Shown here: positions 27,586 through 37,693 of the stretch, one piece after another
Layout: each line of letters starts with the position of its first letter
Position numbering within the stretch: the stretch's first letter is position 1
Virus record (IMG/VR): IMGVR_UViG_3300028802_000009
Location: 1 to 64,000 of that record
DNA length: 64,000 bases
Strand: one strand, 5' to 3'
Source of the DNA: a virus
The notes under the pieces: model-generated
What the model was told of the DNA's origin: nothing
Database searches by the model: none
The model's input: only the letters and a program-made list of their open reading frames with translations
Program-made: the position numbers and the translations under genes

Positions 27586-27981
27586 CTAAACTCCTGTTGT
27601 AAGCCCGCTCGTTGCGGGTTCAGTAAACTTCCCACGCTGTTGATCAATCCTGAGCATTCTCAGCACCGCGCCGTAGTCCGCGTAGAATGCAGCCACGGAC
27701 TTGATAAATTTGAGGTGGTCCGCTTGCCAAGCAAACGCGGCTTGTCGGACCCAGAGACGCATGCGGCGCAGATACTTGATGTACTTAGGCGCATATTCGA
27801 GCAGCTGCAGCTCGTGTTGCGCAAGCTCAAGGTTGAGGTACCGTGCCTCGATGTCCTTGAGCAGGATCTGAACCTGGCGTAGAAAGAGCAACTTGCGTGG
27901 CTGCCAGACTTGATGGATCGACTGGAAGTCCTGGCTCGGCTCCTGCTCCAAGATCCATGAGAGATTTGGATAGAACGGCAT
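27586..27981 (-). CDS. Hypothetical helical protein
   Basis: 131-aa ORF filling the gap; its 3' end supplies the AGGAG SD of the next gene. Confidence 0.55.
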   Translation of the reverse strand: MPFYPNLSWILEQEPSQDFQSIHQVWQPRKLLFLRQVQILLKDIEARYLNLELAQHELQLLEYAPKYIKYLRRMRLWVRQAAFAWQADHLKFIKSVAAFYADYGAVLRMLRIDQQRGKFTEPATSGLTTGV

Positions 27982-28051
27982 CTCGATTCAGAGCTTTCGA
28001 CAGGACAATCCACTGTTGTATAGCTTCCCACGCAACGCTTGCCTCTAAGAC

Positions 28052-28912
28052 TCAAGTGAGAGCGACAACTACGGTTGCTCCACCATTGGTCGTCACCTTC
28101 GCGGATGAGACGCTAGCGGCGACACCTGGAATGAGAGCCGCTGGAATGAGGATTGAGGTGCCACCGATTGTACCGCCGCCCGCTAGGATCTGAGCGCTCG
28201 TCAAAGTAATCGCGCCAGTATTAGTGATGGCCACAGTAAGCGGGGCCTGGAGGTTGGTGCCCGTCAGAGTGAGCGCGCCGGCACCAGGCTTGACGGCAGT
28301 CGTCAACGTAGGCGGTGCCGCCACGGTAAGAACGTTGCTGGATTTCGCGTTCGCAATGACCTTCACAGATGAAGTACCAGCGGCGATGATCGGCGCCAGA
28401 GACGCGGGGATGGTTATAGTGGTTGCCGTAACACTACCGCCAACCGCGATCTGTGCCTGCGTCAGGGTCACCGCACCAGTGCCCGTGATCACTACCGTCG
28501 TGCTATCCGGAGCGACCGATAGGAGAGTGAGACCCGTCAGAGTAAGAATCCCACCAGCGGCAAGACTTGCACCTGTCAACGTCGGAGTCTGAACGTTCGC
28601 GGCAAGCACGGAGGTCACCGTGACTAATCCGGCTGCCTTCAACCTACTGATCTTGCCTTTACCGGCAGACAACACGACTCGCGGAGTCTGATTCAGATCG
28701 ATGTAGCCCGGAACAGTAGGATTGCCGGTGCTGGCTTGCGTCCGCGGTACGTAGCAAGGCTGCTTGGGCTTGTTTGCGTAGCCGTCGCGAGGGTACGCAT
28801 CCGGGTTGCCGAGCGAACCAAGGCGGTGAACCTCTTTGTTGGGCAAGCCATCATCGATGTCATCGATCAGGATGGCACCAGCCACGGTTTGATTGTGCTG
28901 AATTCGGTACAT
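28052..28912 (-). CDS. Structural protein with two tandem IPT/TIG-like domains
   Basis: Duplicated PTLT...LTLTG..L...V.IT.TGA.TLT.AQI..GG....I.IPA.L motif; SD AGGAG. Confidence 0.65.
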   Translation of the reverse strand: MYRIQHNQTVAGAILIDDIDDGLPNKEVHRLGSLGNPDAYPRDGYANKPKQPCYVPRTQASTGNPTVPGYIDLNQTPRVVLSAGKGKISRLKAAGLVTVTSVLAANVQTPTLTGASLAAGGILTLTGLTLLSVAPDSTTVVITGTGAVTLTQAQIAVGGSVTATTITIPASLAPIIAAGTSSVKVIANAKSSNVLTVAAPPTLTTAVKPGAGALTLTGTNLQAPLTVAITNTGAITLTSAQILAGGGTIGGTSILIPAALIPGVAASVSSAKVTTNGGATVVVALT

Positions 28913-28991
28913 TAGGGTGCTCTCTCCTAGGCGAGTACGAGAAAATGTCTCGTGAGAGATAGGAGATAAAAGGAAGTGCGGTCTTGGTCCG

Positions 28992-29876
28992 CTACTTATC
29001 TGTGCAAGTCAGGGGTGCCCCGCGACCAAGAGCACACGCATCCTCGTATCCAAGCTCGATCAGCTCGCGCATGGCCTTCGGCTCGAACGTCAGGCCGTCC
29101 CCCGCAATCCTGCCCAAATCGATCTTGGGCTTAAGGACGCGCAGAGTGACCTTCCGGTAATCTGTATCGGCGTTTCTTAGCTCGCAGATCTTCAGGTCGT
29201 CACGCATGACCTCGTTGATCAATAGATTGACGGCCCGGAGCGCGAGGTCCGGAATCGCCGCCTTCCCTGCGCATTTGAAGGGGGATGGGAGCCGTGGATC
29301 AGTGCACAAGATCATGTCGATCTCGGTCGCCCCAGCCCGGACGGCCTCCCCCAACGGGGTCACGGACCGGAGTGCCCCGTCCGCCCAAAGCCCCCCATCA
29401 ACCTTGACCGGCAGAAACATCCCAGGGAACGCCGAAGACGCGAGCACCCAAGACAAGATGTCCGGCTCGGTCTCGTCCACTGTTCGGCTCTCACCCGACT
29501 CCCAAGAAACGGCCAGAACGCGAAGCTTCCGCCCCGAGTCACGGATCTTCGCGGCATCCAACGTGCCACGAACCCATTTGTGCAGGGGCTCCGAGTTATA
29601 GACCGATGGTTTCCATAGAGCCGACCCCATGCCAAAAGGCCACCAGGACTTGCGGACCTTGGCAGTAGTCACATCCAGCCAAAAGCGATTGAGGTGTACC
29701 CATGCTTCCATGGGAGCGCCCTTTGGCGACTGACACAGCACCGCGGCGTTGAGGGCGCCAACGGAGACGCCAGAGATTAGGTCGTAGTCGACCCCGTCCT
29801 CCGCCATCCACTTCTTGAGAACGCCTGTCTCGTACGACCCCTTGGACCCGCCCCCGCTAAGAACCAAAGCTCTCAT
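28992..29876 (-). CDS. Patatin-like phospholipase
   Basis: GGGSKG oxyanion loop, GVSVG nucleophile elbow, ASSAFP, DGA catalytic Asp. Confidence 0.92.
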   Translation of the reverse strand: MRALVLSGGGSKGSYETGVLKKWMAEDGVDYDLISGVSVGALNAAVLCQSPKGAPMEAWVHLNRFWLDVTTAKVRKSWWPFGMGSALWKPSVYNSEPLHKWVRGTLDAAKIRDSGRKLRVLAVSWESGESRTVDETEPDILSWVLASSAFPGMFLPVKVDGGLWADGALRSVTPLGEAVRAGATEIDMILCTDPRLPSPFKCAGKAAIPDLALRAVNLLINEVMRDDLKICELRNADTDYRKVTLRVLKPKIDLGRIAGDGLTFEPKAMRELIELGYEDACALGRGAPLTCTDK

Positions 29877-29913
29877 GCCATCATGGAACTATAAATGGCT
29901 TCCGTGGCCGCGC

Positions 29914-31005
29914 TCAGCCGGCGATCCACTTATTCGTGATATCGCCCTGGAAGAACCTGACAAAGTCAAACGCGTAGTGCATGGGCGCCGAGGTCGTCCC
30001 CGGCATGGTGAAAGTGGAGTTTCCACTTTCCATTCGCACGCCGATCGCGGTGAACAAGGTCGGGTTCAGTGCATACGTGTTCATCTTACCGCCGTCCCAA
30101 AACGCGCCTGACAGCACCGGGGACTCCACGAAGATCGAATTATGCCTAACGTTAGTCACGACACCACTAACACTTGCAAAGATGTAGTTCCCGACGATGT
30201 CGTACTTCGTACCTGTGCTGCCGGCCTCAGAGAGATTGCCGAAAGTGGATTCAGACCCTGCTATAACACGGCCTGTAAAGGCGGTGTTATTACCCGCGGC
30301 ACCATTGTTATAGTTCGTAGCGTATAACCTGTTAGCTTCATCCCAAACCGTGCCACCGGTAGTCGTATATGCGACCTCAGATGAGATTGAGCCGTCGACC
30401 ACACCAGCATTTCCATATCCGTATCTGGCCCCGCGGCACCATGTAATTGTGCCATTGGGCCATGTGGCGCTCATTGCTGGCGTTGCCTTCCACATCAGGT
30501 ATTGTTTGTTGATCACGCCAGGAACCTGCAAGAACAACACGGACCCATAGATCGTAGATCGGTAGTGCCCAGCCGGGATCGGGTTTGATTGAAGGGCCGG
30601 GGTCGTGGTGAAGGCGTAGTATGGAATAACGTCGCCGTCGCGAATCATGGCGACACTCGGCGCTATTGAATCGACGAACTTCCAGCCGCGCACTACAAGG
30701 TCGGGCGACCCACTGTCAAACTCGTCATCGAAGGCGCTTGGCGATAGTGGAGGCGTGAGGAATGGATTGTTGCCGGAAGCTGATCCGGTACTACTACTGC
30801 TCCATACCGCAGTGCTCGGCCCTTGTGCCGTGAGCACCTGCCCTGCAATCGGCGCAGTGCTACTGATGGCAACGGGAGAGCCGCTGGTAGCGATCCGATT
30901 GGCAATCTGCGGATCTGCTAGCGTTCCGCTCAAGCCGGCGATACTGATCTCATCAGTCCCACCATCTTCGTGAGTGACCGCGTGCTTTCCGAGATAATAA
31001 GGCAT
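29914..31005 (-). CDS. Fibre/receptor-binding-like protein
   Basis: N-terminal HAVTHEDGGTDEI fibre motif, P.AGQVL.A......W linker, then DDEF-initiated beta-sandwich head with visibly lower GC. Confidence 0.6.
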   Translation of the reverse strand: MPYYLGKHAVTHEDGGTDEISIAGLSGTLADPQIANRIATSGSPVAISSTAPIAGQVLTAQGPSTAVWSSSSTGSASGNNPFLTPPLSPSAFDDEFDSGSPDLVVRGWKFVDSIAPSVAMIRDGDVIPYYAFTTTPALQSNPIPAGHYRSTIYGSVLFLQVPGVINKQYLMWKATPAMSATWPNGTITWCRGARYGYGNAGVVDGSISSEVAYTTTGGTVWDEANRLYATNYNNGAAGNNTAFTGRVIAGSESTFGNLSEAGSTGTKYDIVGNYIFASVSGVVTNVRHNSIFVESPVLSGAFWDGGKMNTYALNPTLFTAIGVRMESGNSTFTMPGTTSAPMHYAFDFVRFFQGDITNKWIAG

Positions 31006-33905
31006 CAGGTCACCTCCGTACAGCGGGCGAAGCCGGTCGCCGAGCCCCAGAGCCCTGTGATGACCCCCGTGTAACTAAACGGGACCTCATAGTAAGAGCC
31101 CGATGCCATCTGGACCGTATAACTTGTCGCGGACGCGCCAGTTCCAAACTTTAGATAGAGAGTCGCGGTCGAATCATTCTGGACCATGGCCCCCTTCCGA
31201 TTAGTGTTGCTCGCAATCAGCGTGACGCTTGAGGCCGAACCAGCAACGTTAGTGAGAGTGGCCGTGGGGTTTCCCGGAGCCGCCAGCAGAGCGCTATTCG
31301 GTGAGAGCGCAACAACGAGCGCCGGGTCAGCCGCGACTGGCGCGGTGCTCGCCGCTTTGACAGCAGCATTGCTCGTGCCGTCAGTGATCCTCGTGCGCTG
31401 AGTGCCACCGGTGAGAGTCGCGTCAAGGGCCAGCCCGTTGGTGGTCCCGATGTTGGCTGTTACCGCGCCATCCACGGTGATGGAGCCGCCGCCGTCGGCA
31501 ATGGGGATCGACGACTGGTCACTCGCCAACACAACCGGGGTCGACGCCGCCATGGCCTTTTGGCCCAACGTGTTGATCCGAGCCGTGAAGGTTGCCTCAG
31601 CTAAGCGATTTCCAAGTGTTGCCTCCGTAGCTGCTCCGGTGGGCAGGGGCAACGAAGCAGCGCTTATCGCGACGGTATTGTTCGGCGAGACCGCAACAAC
31701 AAGCGCGGGGTCTGCAGCCACGGCAGCTGTGCTCGCTGCCTTAACAGCGGCCGTGTTGGCGCCGTTGGTGATCTTGGTCTGCTGTAGCCCACTGGTCTGA
31801 TTCGCGTTGATCGCGGCAAGATTTATGTCGTCTGTGGCGACGGCGACTCGTAGGGTACCAGCGGTGGAGGCCCCTCTGTCAGTGGCAGTATTCGTTCCAT
31901 TGATCTTGGACAGGTCCACCTTGGCGGTCGAAACAACGGTGCTAATCTCACTGCTGACATCACTGCCATGAACCTGACCGCCGATGGCCCACAGCGAATC
32001 GACCACCACTCCAGCGAGCGCGGCGTTCGCGCTAGTCATCTCAAGGCCCACCGCATAGTACGTGACTGACGCTAAATTCCAGCCAGCACCAACGCTCGCG
32101 TTGGAACTACCAAGCGCAGCACGAAAGGTCTGCCACACGCCTCCGACGCTAGTGGCCTCCGCAACGGACAGACTCCACGAGTTGTAGTTACTCGCGTCGG
32201 TGCCTAGACGAATCACCACGTTGCCCACGTTCACGAGACTAGGGATGAACATGAGCAGCTGGACAAACGTGATGCCCGTCGCGAGCTGACTGAGGTCTAT
32301 AGCGGGAATCGTCTTCTGGATCAGCGCAAACGCGCTATTGGCGGCACTGTTGACGATGTCAAACGATACGGCACTCAGGCCTCGCACGTGGTTTGTCGAC
32401 AGGGCGATGTTCGTTACGTCAGTATTGACCGCTGTGATACCGGTCGCAGACTCAAAGGCATCTATGACTACGAGGCCACCGGGCGAAACCCTGAGCCGAC
32501 CCTTGTCGTCGATATTGAGGGTCGCGTAGTCGCCTGGAGTGTCGGCGCTAACTCCAACGGTGTCTGGCTGGTACACGCCAAGAACCGCCACGCCAGTGTC
32601 ACCTGAAGCCGCCGCCGTGTCCTCTGCTTTACCAAGATTGGTGGCTCCGACACCCGAGACCAAGGACGTGATCGCCACGGAACCGTCAACGGTCAACGAG
32701 CCGCCATTGTCAGTAACCGGGATCGAGCTTTGATCACTTGAGATAGCGACCGGGAGGGACCCAGTCATTGTCTTCTGACCGATCGTGGGCGTAGTGCTCC
32801 CGAACCAAGATCCCAGGTTCGTATTGAGCCGACCGTTGACTAGCGCAGGCGGTAGTTGATCGGAGTCGACTGTGAGCGAACTACCGTTATCGGTGACTGG
32901 AAGCGGGCTTTGATCACTCGCAAGGACAACAGGGGTGGAGGCCGTTGAAGTCTTCGGGCCTAGGGTGTTGATCCTCGCGGTAAAGGTTGCATCCGCTAAA
33001 CGCGTAGCGAGCGTCGCCTCAGTGGCCGCCCCCGCTGGCAGCGGTAACGAAGCAGCCGTGATCGGAATGGCTGTCTGGTCGCTAGAGACGACAACCGGCA
33101 GAGATGCTGCCATCGCCTTCTGGCCGACCGTAGGAGCCGTGGAACCTAGCCAAGCGCCGTTATTTACGTCCAAACGGCTGCCAACAAGCGAGGCGGGGAG
33201 CTGCGGCGTATCGACCGTGATGGAGCCACCGCCGTCAGCGATAGAAACCGCCGTCTGATCGCTCGCCAACACCACCGGCGTGGAGGCGGCCATCGCCTTC
33301 TGGCCTTGCGTATTGATCCGCGCAGTGAAGGTAGCCTCAGCTAGCCGAGTCGCTAATGTGGCTTCCGTGGCAGCGCCAGCGGGCAGCGGAAGGGACACCG
33401 CCGATATCGGTTGCGTGGTGGTCCCCGTTGGGTCGACTCGTAACGGGTCGCTGGCCGTGCCCGCCTCGACCGAACCACCCGACGCAGCCTTACGTAGCCC
33501 TACCCCAAGAACGTATTGGGTAGCGCCGCCTGTGTCCGCATCGAAAACCCTGGCCGCCTGAAGATTCGCGCCATCAGAGCCGCCGATCTGCGTAGACGAC
33601 GCGGGGGCCGGCGAGCTGTTGGGGCCAATGGAAGGATTGGCAACAGACACCGACCCGGTGACCGGAAGTGCAACGCCGCCAGCCACACCTTGGATGCTGA
33701 CTACCCCGCCAGCCGGGGCGCCCGCTGTTCCGGCACCAACCACTATGGGACGGCCGTTAGCGTCAACCAGCAAGAGACGAGCAGCAGTGCCATCAGAACC
33801 AGCCGCTAAGAGGGCCTTGGTCCCTGCCGGGATTGCAACTCCACCCGCCACGGCCATCGCAACGCCGTTAGAATCGAATAGGATAACTGCGGGTGATTTA
33901 GCCAT
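31005..33905 (-). CDS. Long repeat-rich fibre protein (966 aa) with inserted globular domain
   Basis: Three LPLP.GAATEATL..RLA.ATFTARINT repeats, five S.PV...SDQ repeats, two AAVKAASTA.VAADPALVVA.SPN repeats. Confidence 0.7.
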   Translation of the reverse strand: MAKSPAVILFDSNGVAMAVAGGVAIPAGTKALLAAGSDGTAARLLLVDANGRPIVVGAGTAGAPAGGVVSIQGVAGGVALPVTGSVSVANPSIGPNSSPAPASSTQIGGSDGANLQAARVFDADTGGATQYVLGVGLRKAASGGSVEAGTASDPLRVDPTGTTTQPISAVSLPLPAGAATEATLATRLAEATFTARINTQGQKAMAASTPVVLASDQTAVSIADGGGSITVDTPQLPASLVGSRLDVNNGAWLGSTAPTVGQKAMAASLPVVVSSDQTAIPITAASLPLPAGAATEATLATRLADATFTARINTLGPKTSTASTPVVLASDQSPLPVTDNGSSLTVDSDQLPPALVNGRLNTNLGSWFGSTTPTIGQKTMTGSLPVAISSDQSSIPVTDNGGSLTVDGSVAITSLVSGVGATNLGKAEDTAAASGDTGVAVLGVYQPDTVGVSADTPGDYATLNIDDKGRLRVSPGGLVVIDAFESATGITAVNTDVTNIALSTNHVRGLSAVSFDIVNSAANSAFALIQKTIPAIDLSQLATGITFVQLLMFIPSLVNVGNVVIRLGTDASNYNSWSLSVAEATSVGGVWQTFRAALGSSNASVGAGWNLASVTYYAVGLEMTSANAALAGVVVDSLWAIGGQVHGSDVSSEISTVVSTAKVDLSKINGTNTATDRGASTAGTLRVAVATDDINLAAINANQTSGLQQTKITNGANTAAVKAASTAAVAADPALVVAVSPNNTVAISAASLPLPTGAATEATLGNRLAEATFTARINTLGQKAMAASTPVVLASDQSSIPIADGGGSITVDGAVTANIGTTNGLALDATLTGGTQRTRITDGTSNAAVKAASTAPVAADPALVVALSPNSALLAAPGNPTATLTNVAGSASSVTLIASNTNRKGAMVQNDSTATLYLKFGTGASATSYTVQMASGSYYEVPFSYTGVITGLWGSATGFARCTEVT

Positions 33906-33941
33906 CTAGGGTACCTCCTACCGCTTTAAACAAAAGCAGGC

Positions 33942-35069
33942 TCATATGATGGACCTCACCCGGCTAAGCTCGAAAACGCCAGAATAAGTCATCGTGTCTG
34001 TCACCGTCGCCAATACCGTAATTCCATCAGTGGCGTAGACCTTCCACTGATCAGTCGCGACGGTACTGTTCGAGTTATAGGTGACCGTCTCTTCGACGAT
34101 CTTCGAAACTTTGGCCGCACTCGTCCACCAAATGACTGAGGTCGGGAATGGAGAGGCAGGCGGCAACGTCTCTTGGTAGGCGCCCGAAGAAAACCCCTCG
34201 TACGGCCCCCCTTCTTCCGCCAAGTGAACAAGCTGGCGCAAGGTTTTGTGTGTCTCGGTCGTGATCAACGTTGCGCCGCCCGGAAAGTAATCCGTGATCG
34301 TCCGGACCCGACTCAGCTCAAATACTCCAGAGTACGTGATCACATCCGTGATCTGCGCCATCAGAGTCACGCCGTCTACGTCATAAACCTTCCAGTTGTC
34401 GGTCGCGACCGTGCTGTTAGAGTTGTACGTGATCGTCTCTTCTAAGATCTTCGCCGTCTTGCCAGAGCTGGTCCACCAAATCACGGAAGTGGGGAACGGC
34501 GTCGCGGAGGGCAATGTCTCTTGAAAAACGCCCGTCGGGAATCCCTCGAATGGCCCACCCTCATCGGCGAGATGGATGAGCTGCCGCAATGCCCTGTGCT
34601 CGGCCAGGCTCATGCCGGTCCCGGTACCAGTCCCTGCCACGGCGTCCAGCTCTTCAATCGCCCCTTGAACGCTGCGAGAAGTGACATTGGTCAGCCCTGT
34701 CGGATCAAGGCCAATTAGCTCCGCACCAGCTCGATAGTGGAAAGCGATCGAGCCCCCGGTCGAGGTGCCGATGCCGCCCAAAACCGAGAACGATGTGTCA
34801 CTCAGGACCGCGCCAATCGAGAATCTGCCGTCTCCCAGCCCGCCGCTGGTTCCTGTGATCACCACGAAGTCCCCGGCCTCAACCGGATGATCTCGACCAG
34901 ACAATATCCCTTCGCCATCAGCGGGAAGATTAACAACCACCACGTTCGTACCCGAAGTGGTCGAAACAACCGTGCTGGTCAGGTAAACGAACGTGCCATC
35001 GCTTCCAAGTTCCTGTTGATCAAGAAACTCGCTGTCGACTACGTCCGTCTTGCTGATCTGATTGGCCAC
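33942..35069 (-). CDS. Structural protein with tandem duplicated ~115-aa C-terminal domain
   Basis: H..LRQL.HLA.EGGP.EGF..G..QETLP...PFPTSVIWWTS...YSGVFELSRVR occurs twice. Confidence 0.7.
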   Translation of the reverse strand: MANQISKTDVVDSEFLDQQELGSDGTFVYLTSTVVSTTSGTNVVVVNLPADGEGILSGRDHPVEAGDFVVITGTSGGLGDGRFSIGAVLSDTSFSVLGGIGTSTGGSIAFHYRAGAELIGLDPTGLTNVTSRSVQGAIEELDAVAGTGTGTGMSLAEHRALRQLIHLADEGGPFEGFPTGVFQETLPSATPFPTSVIWWTSSGKTAKILEETITYNSNSTVATDNWKVYDVDGVTLMAQITDVITYSGVFELSRVRTITDYFPGGATLITTETHKTLRQLVHLAEEGGPYEGFSSGAYQETLPPASPFPTSVIWWTSAAKVSKIVEETVTYNSNSTVATDQWKVYATDGITVLATVTDTMTYSGVFELSRVRSII

Positions 35070-35446
35070 TACTTCTTCTTGGCTCTCGCTCGTTTGATCG
35101 GAATAGGACGCTCCGGTTCGCGTGCCGCGGCATCTTGCTCGACCTTTCGCTCGGCCTCCTCCTGCGCGCGTTTCTGTCCAGCCTCAACGAAGCCGTTGAC
35201 GATGCTAAACAGAATAGATGCCATCGTAGCGAAGGCACCGGCTTGAGCGTCCGCGGCAGCGGCTTGACGCCGAAGGGTCTCCGCCTGACTCAGAAGTGTC
35301 AAACGACGCCGATCAGCCTCCTGCCACGTCTGCAAGATTGTCTGTTCGTACATCCCTGCCGACTCCGGGCTCATGTACCCTAGGGCCTGAAGATCGTTGA
35401 CCCGCTTCCGAAGCTTCAACAAGTCCATCTGCAAAGTGTTGTCCAT
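35069..35446 (-). CDS. Coiled-coil hypothetical protein
   Basis: 125-aa helical ORF, tightly coupled to its neighbours. Confidence 0.7.
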   Translation of the reverse strand: MDNTLQMDLLKLRKRVNDLQALGYMSPESAGMYEQTILQTWQEADRRRLTLLSQAETLRRQAAAADAQAGAFATMASILFSIVNGFVEAGQKRAQEEAERKVEQDAAAREPERPIPIKRARAKKK

Positions 35447-35449
35447 ATC

Positions 35450-35680
35450 TCATCTCTTCTTTTGCCGTGCCATCGCATTGGCAACCATCAAACATGGCTC
35501 ACAGTAAGTGCCGCTCACGCCGTGGTCGCTCGCGCTCGAAACCTGAAAGAACTGCATCGGCAGCAGAGGCGTACCTGCCCCCTCTCTCGACCAACTCTCC
35601 GGTGCCATATGCCCAGACGAGCACCACCTACCCTGAGTAGCGGCAACCTGTTTGACCTGAAGATTAGCCTTCGGTTGCAT
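35450..35680 (-). CDS. Small putative Zn-binding protein
   Basis: CSSGH...CEPC; TGATG overlap. Confidence 0.6.
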   Translation of the reverse strand: MQPKANLQVKQVAATQGRWCSSGHMAPESWSREGAGTPLLPMQFFQVSSASDHGVSGTYCEPCLMVANAMARQKKR

Positions 35681-36039
35681 CAGCCGTAGACGTAGTAGTT
35701 GATGTGATCGCCAGCCTTCTGCTTGGCGTAGAACGTTATCGAGGTCACGCTAGTCTCTGCGTAATCATCGCCATTGATGACAGTTCCGGGGTCTCGGAGG
35801 ATGCCTCGCGTATAGACACTGAGCCCCTTGCCACTGTTGGTGCCGTCTTGCACATAGGTCGCGGCTCCCGGCAGCGTGTGCGCCGTGTTCGGAAGGAGAT
35901 CGGCACCCAGACGTTCGATGTAACGCACGACGTTCGCGTTAGCTATCGAGTCAGACAGCGCCTGCAACGATTCGGTGATCGTCTCTCCGTCAGTCAAAAG
36001 CGGCCCGTTGTAGTCACGGTTGCCGATCTCCTCGTTCAA
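35680..36039 (-). CDS. Structural protein domain; possibly the frameshifted C-terminus of 36036..37142
   Basis: TTG start without SD; frame continues upstream as SVVQALNTLNEEIGNRDY. Confidence 0.6.
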   Translation of the reverse strand: MNEEIGNRDYNGPLLTDGETITESLQALSDSIANANVVRYIERLGADLLPNTAHTLPGAATYVQDGTNSGKGLSVYTRGILRDPGTVINGDDYAETSVTSITFYAKQKAGDHINYYVYG

Positions 36040-37142
36040 CGTGTTGAGCGCCTGAACGACGGAAAGTAGTTAGTCGCATTGGTAAGGCTATCGAGGAACG
36101 TGTCCCCGTCGTCCATGCCAATGACTTGCTGGATGTCAGTCACGTCCTGACGAAGAGTGCCAGACTCTTCTACGCCCAATGTCTGTAGCGTACGGAGAAT
36201 ATACTCGTTTGCTTCATCCAACTGCTGAAAGTAGCCATAGACAAAATCGACCGCTGTCGGCAGCCCTGCTTCCCACGTGTAAGGGAGTGACTGGGTCGAG
36301 AGGTTGCCGCCGGCCGGGACAGAGTAGAACTTTACTGTTACCGAGTCCGGAGACGTAGAACCCGCGGACTGCGTCAGACCATAAATCTTCCTGCCCGCGT
36401 TAGCACCACCCAAGACTCGGAACTCAGTGCCGTCCGCTGGATTCGTGATGCGAACGTAACAGCCTACGTAGTCATTGATGTAGGGAGCCACGTCAAAACA
36501 AGGAACACCTGTCTTGTTGACAGAACCAGCGTGTTTTAGGTTGCCCGTGCTGGTGATAACGACCTGAGTGTTAGTAGCCGCGACAGCAGCCCCCACAAAC
36601 TGCCGATTGAAGATGAAGCCTTTCGCATCCGTGGTCTTACCAGCAATATTCGAAAGGTTGGCTGGCACCAACGTGCCAATCGCCGACGGTCTCTCGTATG
36701 TCGGGATCGGATCGCTGTACAGAACACCCTTGATGGCCGCACGATCCGTCCGCTCGAAGTCGAGGTCGTCATTCAAGCAATAGGCGCGCCGCTCAGTCCA
36801 AGTTAGGCCGGTGGCCGGAGAAGCACCGGCAGCGTTGGAAATCACTACACTTGACGCGGAGATATACGCGACGATCAAGAACGTGCCGTTGTTACCCGGA
36901 GCAACAGCTCCGGAAACGGTCAAGAAATTGCCAACTGAGTTGGCAGTCATTCCCGCCAAACCAGCCACGGTCGACTGACCCGCGTTGAACGCGGTGATGG
37001 TGCCAGCCAACCCCGTCTGGCCAGTAATGGGACCGCCAAGCCCTGCAGGTTCGTCTAGCAGTAGCCTTGTAGCGTCCTGAGAGGACGAGCCCTGAATGTC
37101 TAGGATCTGGTCCAGTGCGTTGAAACGTGAAAATTGTGCCAC
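36036..37142 (-). CDS. Virion structural protein (fibre/baseplate-associated)
   Basis: SD AGGAG; VGNFLTVSGA..GNNGTF.I beta domain; ends in atypical SFRRSTR. Confidence 0.7.
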   Translation of the reverse strand: MAQFSRFNALDQILDIQGSSSQDATRLLLDEPAGLGGPITGQTGLAGTITAFNAGQSTVAGLAGMTANSVGNFLTVSGAVAPGNNGTFLIVAYISASSVVISNAAGASPATGLTWTERRAYCLNDDLDFERTDRAAIKGVLYSDPIPTYERPSAIGTLVPANLSNIAGKTTDAKGFIFNRQFVGAAVAATNTQVVITSTGNLKHAGSVNKTGVPCFDVAPYINDYVGCYVRITNPADGTEFRVLGGANAGRKIYGLTQSAGSTSPDSVTVKFYSVPAGGNLSTQSLPYTWEAGLPTAVDFVYGYFQQLDEANEYILRTLQTLGVEESGTLRQDVTDIQQVIGMDDGDTFLDSLTNATNYFPSFRRSTR

Positions 37143-37153
37143 AGTTTACTCTC

Positions 37154-37693
37154 CTAAGAAGGCGCCCTCTGGTAGCTGGCCAATAAACTGGACCTACCTA
37201 CTGGAGCAAAAGTCAAAAGGTTTATCGTGTCGAAACCCGTCCCTACCCCGCCGCTTTCTCCAACCGTGTAGTCCCCTAGCGCGGGGTTAGGGACAGCGGT
37301 CTGAGTAAGGCGACGACCATTGTGCCAAAGCTCGATGGTTCTCCCCGTCCCACTCAAGTCATGTATGAAGTGTTCCGGAGTGGTCCTAAAGAGTCGATTC
37401 ACGCCATCGATTGGACCCACCAAGGAAACCCCGACCCGAACACGGGCCGCTTCGCCAGGGGATGAAGACAGCTCCTTGAGGGACAAGATCCCGTCGCTGA
37501 ACAGATCGTCGTACCAGTGCTCCGGCGCCGACTCGCCAAAGATGATCTGGCGAAGCCGACTCAGGATGAAGACCTGTAGCTGCTCCTGTGTCTCGGAGGC
37601 GACCAACGCCCCCGAGATAGGCGCGGACCCTTGCTGGTCGTCTACATCATCAGTGCGCCGAATGCTGTTGTAGCGTTTGAGGGTGTTTCCCAT
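37154..37693 (-). CDS. Structural protein, paralogue of 37693..38019
   Basis: Shared RVG..LVGP.D.VN..F.T...NG.RL...DY...ESGG.GTGFDTI domain. Confidence 0.7.
   Translation of the reverse strand: MGNTLKRYNSIRRTDDVDDQQGSAPISGALVASETQEQLQVFILSRLRQIIFGESAPEHWYDDLFSDGILSLKELSSSPGEAARVRVGVSLVGPIDGVNRLFRTTPEHFIHDLSGTGRTIELWHNGRRLTQTAVPNPALGDYTVGESGGVGTGFDTINLLTFAPVGRSSLLASYQRAPS

Noticed and set aside
31005-35069. Repeats in fibre genes as DGR template/variable regions
   Set aside because: All copies are coding, differences are not adenine-specific by eye, and no reverse transcriptase is in the window.
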